Shown: positions 18,699-28,429 of the stretch, one piece after another
Layout of the letters: the number at the start of each line of letters is the position of its first letter
How positions within the stretch are numbered: position 1 is the first letter of the stretch
DNA from: Tannerella sp.
GTDB taxonomy: Bacteria > Bacteroidota > Bacteroidia > Bacteroidales > Tannerellaceae
DNA length: 38,473 nt
Direction of reading: 5' to 3'
NCBI GenBank assembly: GCA_031269635.1
Contig: JAISYY010000257.1
Coordinates: forward strand, 1-38,473
Notes under the pieces: model-generated
Told to the model about the DNA's origin: nothing
Database searches by the model: none
Seen by the model: only the letters and a program-made list of their open reading frames with translations
Made by a program: the position numbers and the translations under genes

Positions 18699-20267
18699 TT
18701 ACTTTCTTGGCGGATAATCGAGCGTGTAATGCAGTCCGCGGCTTTCCTTGCGTTCTATTGCCTGGCGCATGATGAGGTATCCTGCATTTATCATGTTGCG
18801 GAGTTCGCATATATCGCGTGAGGCGACGGAGCGTTTGAAGAGGCTTTCCGTTTCTTCGTAAAGGATGTCGAGACGGTTCCAGGCGCGTTTCAGGCGCAGG
18901 TCGCTGCGTACAATGCCTACGTAGGTGGACATGATCTGCCCGACTTCCTTTACGCTTTGCGTGATGAGCACCATTTCTTCCGGCGAACGGGCGCCTTCGT
19001 CGTTCCATGCAGGGATATTTTCCTGATACGTTAGCGCGTCGATGAGCGTGATTGAATGTTTGGCCGCAGCGTCGGCATATACGACGGCTTCGATGAGGGA
19101 GTTTGACGCCAGGCGGTTGCCACCGTGAAGTCCCGTGCAGGCACATTCGCCGGCGGCATAGAGGCGTTTGATGGAAGAACGTGCATCGAGGTCTACTTTT
19201 ATTCCGCCGCAGAGATAATGTGCGGCAGGCGCTACGGGGATATAATCTTTTGTAATATCAATACCCAGGCTGCGGCATTTTTCGTATATATTCGGGAAAT
19301 GCCTCTTCGTTTCCGCCGCATCCTTATGTATGACGTCAAGAAAAACATGGTCATCTCCCCGGTTTTTCATCTCATTGTCAATAGCCCGCGCGACAATATC
19401 CCTCGGAGCGAGCGATAACCGCTTGTCGTATTTATGCATAAACTCTTTGCCGTCTATCGTGCGGAGGACGCCACCGTATCCCCGCATCGCTTCGGTTATC
19501 AGGAACGACGGCCTGTCGCCGGGATGGTAGAGGGCGGTAGGATGGAACTGTACAAATTCCATGTCTTTGACCGTTCCCTTGGCACGGTAAACCATCGCGA
19601 TTCCGTCGCCGGTAGCGACAAGCGGGTTGGTCGTTGTCTGGTATATTGCGCCGATGCCTCCCGTAGCCATAAGCGTTATTTTTGACAGGAACGTGTCGAT
19701 ACATCCCGTTTGCATATCCATAATGTATGCCCCGAAACACTCGATATCAGGCGTCTGGCGCGTCACGGTAACGCCCAGATGGTGCTGGGTAAGAATTTCA
19801 ATGGCAAAATGATGTTCAAAAACCGTTATGTCCGGATGTTTTTTAACGTCTTCGATAAGGCTGTCCTGTATTTCCGCCCCGGTATTATCCTTGTGGTGCA
19901 ATATACGCGATTCCGAATGTCCGCCTTCGCGGTGCAGGTCAAAATCGCCATTCTCGTCCTTGTCAAAATCAACGCCCCACCCGACAAGCTCCTTAATCTG
20001 TCCGGGAGCGTTGTAAATGACTTTTTCAACGGCAGAACGGTCACTCAGGAAATCGCCTGCAATCATCGTATCGTTTATATGCTTTTCAAAATTATCGACA
20101 AGGATGTTGGTAACGGAAGCAACGCCTCCCTGTGCAAAAAACGTATTCGCTTCTTCCAGCCCGGATTTGCAAATCAAGGCCACTTTTCCCCTGTGAGCCA
20201 CTTTGAGCGCAAAACTCATTCCGGCAATGCCCGAACCGATAATTAAAAAATCAAATCTTTTCACCAT
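18699..20267 (-). CDS. nadB: L-aspartate oxidase
   Basis: IIGSGIAG, AQGGVA, REGGHS, QFHPT, PAAHYLCGG, HGGNRLASNSL, ESRGLHY. Confidence 0.96.
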   Translation of the reverse strand: MVKRFDFLIIGSGIAGMSFALKVAHRGKVALICKSGLEEANTFFAQGGVASVTNILVDNFEKHINDTMIAGDFLSDRSAVEKVIYNAPGQIKELVGWGVDFDKDENGDFDLHREGGHSESRILHHKDNTGAEIQDSLIEDVKKHPDITVFEHHFAIEILTQHHLGVTVTRQTPDIECFGAYIMDMQTGCIDTFLSKITLMATGGIGAIYQTTTNPLVATGDGIAMVYRAKGTVKDMEFVQFHPTALYHPGDRPSFLITEAMRGYGGVLRTIDGKEFMHKYDKRLSLAPRDIVARAIDNEMKNRGDDHVFLDVIHKDAAETKRHFPNIYEKCRSLGIDITKDYIPVAPAAHYLCGGIKVDLDARSSIKRLYAAGECACTGLHGGNRLASNSLIEAVVYADAAAKHSITLIDALTYQENIPAWNDEGARSPEEMVLITQSVKEVGQIMSTYVGIVRSDLRLKRAWNRLDILYEETESLFKRSVASRDICELRNMINAGYLIMRQAIERKESRGLHYTLDYPPRK

Positions 20268-20329
20268 TACTGTTTTTTTTAAAAATTGAGCGGCAAAGTT
20301 ATAAAATTACTTGCATATCATGATGAATT

Positions 20330-21238
20330 TTATCCGTTTTTATGATGATGATCGCCCGGTTTGCCTTTCGCAATCCACAGTCCGCATACGATAAGCAGGG
20401 CGCCGCATGCGACGTAGAGGGTTATATGTTCCGATATGACGAAATGTGCAGTGATGATGGTCACCAAGGGCGAAAAATAGATATAGTTATTGGTTTTCAC
20501 AACTCCCAGGTTACGTATCGAAAGCATCCACATCAGGTAACACAACGAGGATGCAATCAGGCCGAGAAAACACAGGTTGCCCCATACGGCAGGCTTCATC
20601 AATACGCTGGCCGGAACGTCAAACGGAGCGGCAATAATGAAATAAGGCAGTATGGTCAGTATCCCGTAAAAGAATATTTTGCGCGTCACGAACAGCGAGT
20701 TGTAATCCCCTTTAAGGCATTTCACCAGCACTCCGTAAACAGACCAGCTTATGATTGCCAGGAACGCCAGGAAATCCCCTAACGGATTGACTTCAAACGT
20801 GAACGTCCCGTTAAGTACGACGAGAACCGTACCGGACAGGGAGATGACGGATCCCGTCCGGAACCGTTTCGTCAACGGCTTTTGACGAAATGCGAGATAC
20901 GTAAAAACGGCGGTTGTCAGGGGTATCAGTGCGCAAAACAGCGATACGTTCGTCGCAGAGGTATAAACAAGGGCGGTATTTTCCAAAAAGAAATATAAAG
21001 AGCCGCTTGTTACGCCTATCCCGACAAATATGAGTTCGTCCCGTCCCGATTTTATCCGGTGTGAACGGGGATAGAGTATCCACAGGAAAATATACGCCAT
21101 AATGAAACGGATTATCATAATTTCTTCGGGCGACAATCCTTCGCGCAATAATATTTTCGTGGAAACCATCGTGATGCCCCAGATAATAATCGTGAACAAG
21201 GCAGCTAAATGGTATATAAAAGTGTTTGGACGATTCAT
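20330..21238 (-). CDS. DMT/EamA family transporter
   Basis: About 10 TM segments, duplicated EamA pattern (IIWG..., LGDFLAFLA..W). Confidence 0.88.
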   Translation of the reverse strand: MNRPNTFIYHLAALFTIIIWGITMVSTKILLREGLSPEEIMIIRFIMAYIFLWILYPRSHRIKSGRDELIFVGIGVTSGSLYFFLENTALVYTSATNVSLFCALIPLTTAVFTYLAFRQKPLTKRFRTGSVISLSGTVLVVLNGTFTFEVNPLGDFLAFLAIISWSVYGVLVKCLKGDYNSLFVTRKIFFYGILTILPYFIIAAPFDVPASVLMKPAVWGNLCFLGLIASSLCYLMWMLSIRNLGVVKTNNYIYFSPLVTIITAHFVISEHITLYVACGALLIVCGLWIAKGKPGDHHHKNG

Positions 21239-21363
21239 TACGTCGCAAAAGTAATGATTTTTTAAACATAAACTTATTCGCTTTGCCTGTTTTTTTATGA
21301 AATGATATACCGGAATATAAAAAAAACCGTTACTTTTGGAGGTTCAATCATTGTTTTTGAAAT

Positions 21364-23673
21364 ATGAAAATAATATATCTGTTCTATACGGCCATATTTT
21401 TGTTTTTTTGCTTTCCGGCGACGGCGCAGAAAGTCGGACTGGTGTTAAGCGGAGGCGGGGCGCGGGGCGCTGCACATGTAGGCGTGATCAAGGCGTTGGA
21501 GGAAAATAACATACCCATCGACTATATAACAGGCACGTCGATAGGCGCTATTGTAGGAAGCCTGTATGCGATGGGTTATACGCCGGATGAGATGTTGAAA
21601 CTGATACTTTCGGATGACTTTGGTCATTGGCAGACGGGAACGGTGGAAAACGAATATATCTATTATTTCAAGAAACCGGATGAGACGCCGCAATTCATGC
21701 GTTTTGCATTGAATCTGAAAGATTCCGTGGTTTTTGACGGGTTGTTGCCGGGCAGTATTGTAAATCCTATCCAGATGAATCAGGCGTTTATAGAGCTTTA
21801 TGCGCAGGCCACAGCCAAATCTGCATGGAACTTTGACAATTTGTTTGTTCCTTTTCGCTGCATTGGCGCCGATGTCTACGGGAAAAAGGCGATAACGTTC
21901 CGCAATGGCGATCTGGGTGAGGCCGTGCGTATCTCCATGACATTTCCTTTTGTTTTTAACCCGGTATGGAAAGACGGGGTTCCGCTTTTTGACGGGGGGA
22001 TATACGACAATTTTCCAATAAAAGCCATGAAGGATGATTTCAACCCGGATTTCATCTTCGGCTCGGCCGTGAGGGGAGGCGGCCTGAAGCCTTCGGGAAA
22101 TCCGATGAACCAGATGGAACCCCTAATCATGCAGAAAACGGAATATGAAGTTCCTGAAGAAGACGGCATATTACTGGAAATGCGTCTTCCCAACGTTTCC
22201 CTGCTGGACTTTTACAAGGCCAGGGAAGTCATGCAGATAGGTTATGACCGTGCAATGGCGCTGATTGATACCATAAAAGCCCGTGTCGGCCGTGAAGTCC
22301 CCTTAGAGGTCGTGACGGCCCGTCGTAAGGCGTATAAGGAGAGCCTTCCGCCATTGACATTTACGAATATTTATGTCACCGGGGTTACGGAAGCGCAGCG
22401 GCATTATATCACCGCACAACTGACGCGCGATATAAATGGTGTATTTACGATGGAAGACTTCCGCCGCGCTTATTTCAAGATGCTGACATACTCCAAGATA
22501 AAGGAAATTATACCGTCGGCCATCTATAACTGGAAAAACAAGACATTCGACCTTTACTTGTCGGTAAAAATCAAAGAGGAAATAAAAGTATCCATCGGCG
22601 GGAATATATCGTCGCACCAGGCGAACCAACTGTTCCTGGGATTAGACTACCAAAGCCTGGGCGAGACATCCGCCGACTATAACGCCAATTTCCAGATGGG
22701 CAACTCTTTTAGCGGCGTGTCGTTAGACGGGCGTTTCTTCCCGTCGGCGCGTATGCCCGGGTATATCGGCCTGAAACTTGCCTATTCCAATAAAAATTAT
22801 TCACAAAGCCAGTCCCTGTTTTACGAAGATGTCGTCCCGGCATTCATCAAGAAACGCGAACGTTTTATCCGGGCGCGTTACGGATTCCCGTTTTTGATGC
22901 GTTCAAAGGTAGAAGTCTTCGCCGGACTGGGCGTACTTACCGATTTATACTACCAGACATCATCTTTTACAGACCTCGAGTTCGACCAGAGTAAATATAA
23001 TCTCTTCAATACGGGTTTCCGGTTTGAACAAAATTCCCTCAATTACAGGCAATACCCGACAAAAGGGCGTCAGCAACTGCTGATCGCGCAGTATGTATCG
23101 GGGAATGAACAGTACCGGCCGGGCGGACAAAAGTATTACAGTGACATCGGGAAACACGAATGGTTTCAGGTAAAAGGCTCATGGCAAAAGTTTACGGCCG
23201 GGAAGAACAGGTTTAATATCGGCTTCATGTGCGAAGCGGTTTACAGCACGAAAAAGCTGAGTTCCAATTATACCTCGACTATTTTGCGGGCTTCGACGTT
23301 TGCTCCTACGCCCCACAGTAAGATTTCTTTTAACGAAGCGTTCAATGCCGACAGTTATATAGCGGCAGGAGTGGCGCCGGTCATAAAGCTGAATGACATG
23401 TTTCATTTCCGTTTCGAAGCATACGGATTTGTCCCGCTGCGCGAGATACAAAAGGATCTCAATACGCCGCCTGAAAATACGCTGATTCGTTACAGGGCCA
23501 GGTACGGCGATTATTTCAGTTCGTACCAGTATATGGGAGAGGCGGCGCTCGTCCTTCATTTGCCGTTTGTCTCCGTCAGCCTGTTTGTAAATAATTACAG
23601 CTATCCGAAAAGCAATTTTAATGCGGGGCTGAATATCGGGTATTTGATCTTTGATTCGGGATTTTTAGATTAA
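21364..23673 (+). CDS. Patatin-like phospholipase with POTRA-like and beta-barrel C-terminus
   Basis: Signal peptide; VLSGGGARG, GTSIG, LFDGG; alternating beta-strand C-terminal half. Confidence 0.88.
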   Translation: MKIIYLFYTAIFLFFCFPATAQKVGLVLSGGGARGAAHVGVIKALEENNIPIDYITGTSIGAIVGSLYAMGYTPDEMLKLILSDDFGHWQTGTVENEYIYYFKKPDETPQFMRFALNLKDSVVFDGLLPGSIVNPIQMNQAFIELYAQATAKSAWNFDNLFVPFRCIGADVYGKKAITFRNGDLGEAVRISMTFPFVFNPVWKDGVPLFDGGIYDNFPIKAMKDDFNPDFIFGSAVRGGGLKPSGNPMNQMEPLIMQKTEYEVPEEDGILLEMRLPNVSLLDFYKAREVMQIGYDRAMALIDTIKARVGREVPLEVVTARRKAYKESLPPLTFTNIYVTGVTEAQRHYITAQLTRDINGVFTMEDFRRAYFKMLTYSKIKEIIPSAIYNWKNKTFDLYLSVKIKEEIKVSIGGNISSHQANQLFLGLDYQSLGETSADYNANFQMGNSFSGVSLDGRFFPSARMPGYIGLKLAYSNKNYSQSQSLFYEDVVPAFIKKRERFIRARYGFPFLMRSKVEVFAGLGVLTDLYYQTSSFTDLEFDQSKYNLFNTGFRFEQNSLNYRQYPTKGRQQLLIAQYVSGNEQYRPGGQKYYSDIGKHEWFQVKGSWQKFTAGKNRFNIGFMCEAVYSTKKLSSNYTSTILRASTFAPTPHSKISFNEAFNADSYIAAGVAPVIKLNDMFHFRFEAYGFVPLREIQKDLNTPPENTLIRYRARYGDYFSSYQYMGEAALVLHLPFVSVSLFVNNYSYPKSNFNAGLNIGYLIFDSGFLD

Positions 23674-23686
23674 AATCGAAAAAAAA

Positions 23687-23717
23687 TTTGCGGAATAAAA
23701 AAAAGCCCGTATCTTTG
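23687..23717 (+). promoter_or_regulatory. Full Bacteroidetes promoter TTTG-N19-TATCTTTG for tRNA-Arg
   Basis: TTTG at 23687-23690 and TATCTTTG at 23710-23717. Confidence 0.75.
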
Positions 23718-23743
23718 TCGTCGCAAAAAACAAAAAACAATCA

Positions 23744-23817
23744 GGCTCCGTAGCTCAACTGAATAGAGCATCTGACTACGGATCAGAAGGTTGGGGGTTT
23801 GAATCCCTCCGGAGTCA
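23744..23817 (+). tRNA. tRNA-Arg(ACG)
   Basis: Acceptor ggctccg/cggagtc, D arm gctc/gagc, anticodon arm tctga-ctACGga-tcaga, T arm ggggg-tttgaat-ccctc; CCA not encoded. Confidence 0.96.
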
Positions 23818-23833
23818 CAGGCCGTTAGCCTGT

Positions 23834-23872
23834 AAATAAGGCCGCTGCTTATTGCAGCGGCCTTATTTTTTT
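23834..23872. terminator. Intrinsic terminator after the tRNA
   Basis: aaataaggccgctgc-ttatt-gcagcggccttattttttt. Confidence 0.88.
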
Positions 23873-24206
23873 GCACATTCAGCGCAAGGTGCAGGGTGAG
23901 GTAGAAGGGTATGATATGGATCGGAGCCGGCAGTCTTTCCGTCTGATGCTGAACCCTACCGTTTTGCTGTCGGAGGAAAAGAACGGGTCGGCAGACGTTT
24001 CATTCTTCTACCAGTCGCCTGCAATAAACGGAAATGTTCAGACGTCGCCCGTGTCGTCATTGAATTTCAGTCTGAACAAACAGATTAAGGACATTCATAT
24101 CCGCCTGTGGGCGAATGACTTGTATGATGGATACATCGGGAAGTTTTATAACCTCCGGGAAGGATTGCTCCTTTCCGGAGGTTTTTTGATTTCAGATCCG
24201 GTCTAA
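23873..24206 (+). pseudogene. Fragment of an outer-membrane beta-barrel (TonB-dependent-like) protein gene
   Basis: SADVSFFYQSP...SSLNFSLNKQIKDIHIRLWANDLY resembles late barrel strands; no signal peptide or credible start; the end overlaps the convergent gene. Confidence 0.55.
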
Positions 24207-25061
24207 AACTTTTTCGATAAGTGCGGGGAGGCTGTTTTTGTAGTCTGTGTTCATGTTTTTGTTGATGCGTCCGGCAATGATGCAACATACCGTCATGGCG
24301 CGGTGTTTCATCAGGGCTGCAAGTCCGGCTAAAGCGGAACTTTCCATTTCAAAATTTGTTATACACCTGTTTTCAAACCGGAAAGCTTCTATTTTCCTGT
24401 TCAGTTCCGGCTCGGTAAGCGGGAGGCGCAGTTCCCGTCCCTGCGGACCGTAAAATCCGTTGGCGGCGATCGTCATTCCGCGCATGATGTCGTCCCGGGT
24501 TATTTGTTCTATTAATGATGCATCGGCAGAAACGACATAGGGGCGCAGGCCGGGTATATTCCAGTCGAGTTGGCGTATGAGTTCGTCTTCCAAAAGCGTG
24601 TCGCGGATCGTTTCATGGCCTTTGTAAAAGTAGATAACGCCGTCGAAGCCGATTGATTTCTCGGCAGCTACGTATGTTCCTACGGGAGTGAACGGCTGTA
24701 ATCCTCCCGATGTCCCTATACGCACCATGGTGAGTGGACGAAATTCCGGGCGGACGGTGCGGGATGCAAAATCAATATTGGCAAGCGCGTCAAGTTCGTT
24801 GATTACGATGTCGATGTTATCGCAGCCGATGCCGTGTGATACGACCGAGATGCGTTTTCCCCGGTATGTTCCCGTAATCGTATGAAATTCGCGGTTTGAT
24901 ACTTCACATTCCGTTGTGTCGAAACGGGCGGCAATCATGGATACACGTTCCGGATCGCCGCAAAGGACAATGCGATCGGCCAACTGTTCCGGTTTTAAAT
25001 GAAGATGAAACACGCTGCCGTCGCCGTTTATGATAAGTTCCGAATTTCCGAAGCACTTCAT
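24192..25061 (-). CDS. Nucleoside (uridine) phosphorylase, NP-I family
   Basis: GDPERV, NREF, HGIG, RIGTSGG, GFYGPQGR, NFEMESS. Confidence 0.9.
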   Translation of the reverse strand: MKCFGNSELIINGDGSVFHLHLKPEQLADRIVLCGDPERVSMIAARFDTTECEVSNREFHTITGTYRGKRISVVSHGIGCDNIDIVINELDALANIDFASRTVRPEFRPLTMVRIGTSGGLQPFTPVGTYVAAEKSIGFDGVIYFYKGHETIRDTLLEDELIRQLDWNIPGLRPYVVSADASLIEQITRDDIMRGMTIAANGFYGPQGRELRLPLTEPELNRKIEAFRFENRCITNFEMESSALAGLAALMKHRAMTVCCIIAGRINKNMNTDYKNSLPALIEKVLDRI

Positions 25062-25064
25062 TAT

Positions 25065-25107
25065 TTAATGGTTAATTGATTAATGGTTAATGGTTAATGG
25101 TTAATAG
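25065..25107 (+). repeat. Tandem heptamer array (TTAATGG)n, left arm
   Basis: ttaatgg ttaattga ttaatgg ttaatgg ttaatgg ttaatag. Confidence 0.92.
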
Positions 25108-25193
25108 GGAAAACGTCACCGAATGGAATGGAACGAAGCTATCTTGATTATTATAAAGGTCATTTCCATACAATGCCTGATCATTAACTGTTA

Positions 25194-25352
25194 TGTATCA
25201 CCCGTTCGTTTACAAAAATGGCACCATTAGAAAGTCAATAATTCAATGTTTTTTCTTTTAATTTATTCTTTTCAAAATCTTCTTTCACAAACTATTAGAG
25301 AGGTTTTGAAAAGAAAAAATTAAGTCGCTGATGTAAACGAACTGGTGATACA
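25194..25352. mobile_element. MITE-like element (159 bp) with 21-bp terminal inverted repeats and an internal hairpin
   Basis: tgtatcacccgttcgtttaca (25194-25214) vs tgtaaacgaactggtgataca (25332-25352), 20/21 complementary; internal IR 25258-25280 / 25301-25323, 21/23. Confidence 0.6.
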
Positions 25353-25380
25353 AATTTGTAAACGAACTTATGATATTTAT

Positions 25381-25416
25381 CAATTAATAATTAACCATTA
25401 ACCATTAACCATTAAT
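25381..25416 (-). repeat. Tandem heptamer array (CCATTAA)n, right arm, inverted to 25065-25107
   Basis: caattaa taattaa ccattaa ccattaa ccattaa; 25390-25416 is the perfect 27-bp reverse complement of 25079-25105. Confidence 0.92.
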
Positions 25417-25417
25417 T

Positions 25418-26407
25418 TCATCCATTCAGCGGTTTGTTTTGATTTCCGGCGGGCGGTTTGGAGATTGCGTCGCGCATGGAGGTGTCGGCTTCAATGTTTT
25501 TCATGCGATAATAATCCATGATACCGAGATTTCCGTTGCGGAAAGCATCGGCCATTGCTTTCGGTATTTCAGCTTCCGCTTCGATCACTTTTGCACGGGC
25601 TTCCTGCGCTTTTGCCTTCATTTCCTGTTCGGTCGCTACGGCCATGGCGCGGCGTTCTTCGGCTTTTGCCTGGGCAATGTTCTTGTCGGCTTGCGCCTGG
25701 TCCATTTGCAGTACGGCGCCGATATTTTTGCCGATGTCGATGTCTGCAATGTCAATAGACAGGATCTCGAAGGCAGTACCGGCGTCGAGACCTTTGCGCA
25801 ACACGAGTTTTGATATGGAATCCGGGTTTTCCAGTACGCTTTTGTGGCTTCCCGAAGAGCCTATGGACGATACGATGCCTTCGCCTACGCGGGCAAGGAT
25901 GGTTTCTTCGCCCGCTCCACCGACTAATTGTTTGATATTGGCGCGTACGGTAACACGCGCTTTCGCTATCAGTTGGATACCGTCTTTTGCAACGGCGGCG
26001 ACCGGCGGCGTGTCAATCACTTTCGGGTTTACGGACATTTGTACGGCCAGGAAGACGTCCCGTCCCGCAAGGTCGATCGCCGTTGCCATCTGGAAGGAGA
26101 GGTCTATGTTAGCTTTTGAGGCCGATACGAGCGCGTGAACGACCCGTTCGACGTGTCCTCCCGCGAGATAGTGAGCTTCCAATTCATCACGGGTCAACGT
26201 TTTCAGTCCGGCCTTGTGCGCTTCGATCATGGCGCGGGTGATAACACCGGGCGGTACTTTACGTATACGCATCAGGAACAACTGGATTAGGGAGATATTC
26301 ACTCCGGATACTTTCGCCGAAATCCACAACAGGAACGGCACATAATAAAAGAAAATGCATAGCAGAACGAACGCTATGGCGACTGTGACAAGAAATAATA
26401 GATCCAT
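25418..26407 (-). CDS. floA: Flotillin-like protein FloA (YqfA/UPF0365)
   Basis: [61 protein letters not shown]. Confidence 0.94.
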   Translation of the reverse strand: MDLLFLVTVAIAFVLLCIFFYYVPFLLWISAKVSGVNISLIQLFLMRIRKVPPGVITRAMIEAHKAGLKTLTRDELEAHYLAGGHVERVVHALVSASKANIDLSFQMATAIDLAGRDVFLAVQMSVNPKVIDTPPVAAVAKDGIQLIAKARVTVRANIKQLVGGAGEETILARVGEGIVSSIGSSGSHKSVLENPDSISKLVLRKGLDAGTAFEILSIDIADIDIGKNIGAVLQMDQAQADKNIAQAKAEERRAMAVATEQEMKAKAQEARAKVIEAEAEIPKAMADAFRNGNLGIMDYYRMKNIEADTSMRDAISKPPAGNQNKPLNG

Positions 26408-26411
26408 AATT

Positions 26412-26894
26412 TTAAGTATTTATATTGTTTATAATTTCAACCGTTACGTTAAATCCTTCGATGCCGGTTATAACGACCGGCGTGTTTTCATCAATAAATT
26501 CATTGGCCGATTTGGCTTCGACGGTAACCTTATTGAAGCGGGCTTTCCCAACGGGCGCGAGACGTGACAGCGTGATGCCTTCGTCTCCTATATGCAAGTT
26601 TTCGTCCTTTGGAGAGGATACGGTAGAGGCAATGTCCGCTTTAAGGGACACGCGGCTGAACGAATCCCGCCGTAACAGCCGGAAGAAAATGCCTCCGAAA
26701 ACAAGGACGGAAGACGCCAGTGTGATGTTCCCGGTCCATGTATTTACGGAATACGCATAGATGATTCCCCCAATCGCAAACAGTGCGCCTCCAATACCGG
26801 CAATCGTTATTCCCGGCAGCAGGAAGATTTCCGCAAGAATCAGGAATATGGCTGCGGCCATCAGGAAAACAATAATTATTATATCTGTTACCAT
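26412..26894 (-). CDS. NfeD family protein (short form)
   Basis: EIFLLPG TM region, C-terminal OB-like [16 protein letters not shown]; upstream of floA. Confidence 0.88.
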   Translation of the reverse strand: MVTDIIIIVFLMAAAIFLILAEIFLLPGITIAGIGGALFAIGGIIYAYSVNTWTGNITLASSVLVFGGIFFRLLRRDSFSRVSLKADIASTVSSPKDENLHIGDEGITLSRLAPVGKARFNKVTVEAKSANEFIDENTPVVITGIEGFNVTVEIINNINT

Positions 26895-26906
26895 ATTTTT
26901 ATGTTT

Positions 26907-28343
26907 TTAGTATTTAAAGCCTATCTGACGGTTTTCCGCATTACGCGCCTTCATCTCCTGTGTCCCGGCTTTTTCCATGAGCTGGTAAAGCTGATGTTCC
27001 GCCTGCAGGATAGTTGGCTTCAACTGTTCGCGCACGGATGCATTGCCTTTGGAATAAGAAATGCGTGTCTCGTCCAACTTGTTTTTTAAGGATTCTATTT
27101 GTTTGTTTAACCCGATTACTTCCGAATAAAATTCTTTGGCTTCGTGGCTTTTTATTTCATTCAGCGTATAGTACGTCGTCTTGTCGTTTACTACAAAGAT
27201 GAAATCGCGCTCTGCCTTTTTTTCCTTTGTCGTCAGGTCTTTATGTGCAAGTTTTATCAGGTCCGCATAATTGGCGTCGTCTTTCCAGGTTTCTTTTATG
27301 GACGCCAGCGAGGCGCGTCTTATCAAGACGTCGGGGTCTTCAATATTTTCTATACGTTTGCGTGACGGATCGGGTATGAAAAGATAGACGCAAACTTTAT
27401 CTTCCGGCTGGTTCCGGTCGGAGACGAACCAGCCCATGCCTTTCGTTTCATCAATGATCATCATATAATCGTTCGCCGGGGAGTTGAACGGCATACCCAT
27501 TTGTTCGGGCGCCAGGTACGAATTGGTATTCGTGTTATAGCGTGTGACGAAGATGTCGTAGCCGCCGATAGAGCCGTTGCCTTTTGACGAAAAATACATC
27601 GTGAAGCCGTCGGACAGAACGAACGGGTAATTGTTGTCTTTTGAATTGTCCGTCAGGAGAATTTTCTCATCACCCCAGGCGTCGAGCAGTTTATTTTGGG
27701 AATAAAGCGTATAAACGCCATATTCCGACGGGCGTGCATAATAGATTTTATCTCCTTTTTGATTTTGATAAACAACGGACGAAACAGGCTGCGGGGCCTT
27801 GAAAAATTCACCGTAATACATGAGGCGGCCACATTCTTCGCTCATACTGTATGTATTAAGGAACGTTTCCTTGCTTACGATAATGCTGTCTATGACTTGT
27901 ATGTCTTCTGTTTTTTCCTGCATACGGTACAGGTTTCGCGCCTGTTCGAGTTTTATTTCCGATTCATTAATATCTTCTTTTTTCTTTTGCTGCAGTTCAA
28001 TGTATCCTTCCCACATTTCGATCGCTTTATCAAAACGATACCTGTCCATGTAAAGGCGGGCAAGGTAACGGTAAGAATCCATCACGTTGCGTTTGTTTGC
28101 GACAAGCAGGTATTTTTCCGCATTTTCCAAATCGCCGGTTTCGTAGCAGCATACGCCGTACCATTGATTGTATGAAGAATTGTTCGGCGATTGCCGGACA
28201 AGCTTTTCAAACACGGGTTTTGCTTCCTCGTAATTGCCTTCGTTATATAAAATCTTTGCCTGGTCAAGGCTTTGGGCATATCCGGGGAAACTTATCGACA
28301 AAAATAAAAATGCAATAAATATTTTAACAAGCTTTTGTCTCAT
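26907..28343 (-). CDS. Secreted tetratricopeptide-repeat protein with a PD40/beta-propeller-like middle and coiled-coil tail
   Basis: Signal peptide (AQ cleavage), TPR helices, YPFVLSDGFTMYFSS...GGYDIFVTR; start MRQKL chosen; TATCTTTG promoter at 28384-28391. Confidence 0.8.
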   Translation of the reverse strand: MRQKLVKIFIAFLFLSISFPGYAQSLDQAKILYNEGNYEEAKPVFEKLVRQSPNNSSYNQWYGVCCYETGDLENAEKYLLVANKRNVMDSYRYLARLYMDRYRFDKAIEMWEGYIELQQKKKEDINESEIKLEQARNLYRMQEKTEDIQVIDSIIVSKETFLNTYSMSEECGRLMYYGEFFKAPQPVSSVVYQNQKGDKIYYARPSEYGVYTLYSQNKLLDAWGDEKILLTDNSKDNNYPFVLSDGFTMYFSSKGNGSIGGYDIFVTRYNTNTNSYLAPEQMGMPFNSPANDYMMIIDETKGMGWFVSDRNQPEDKVCVYLFIPDPSRKRIENIEDPDVLIRRASLASIKETWKDDANYADLIKLAHKDLTTKEKKAERDFIFVVNDKTTYYTLNEIKSHEAKEFYSEVIGLNKQIESLKNKLDETRISYSKGNASVREQLKPTILQAEHQLYQLMEKAGTQEMKARNAENRQIGFKY

Positions 28344-28429
28344 TATGTATGGATGCAATAAATTATAAATATTTTTACCTTGTCAAAGATAGAGGAAAAA
28401 ATCAAATTAGTATATTAAAAAAACATAAA

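Noticed and set aside
18676-19146. N-terminal 157-aa extension of the 454-aa track ORF
   Set aside because: It overlaps nadB in another frame and looks non-protein-like; the real methyltransferase starts at 18675.
23670-23876. 68-aa minus-strand ORF
   Set aside because: Antisense translation of the tRNA gene and its terminator.
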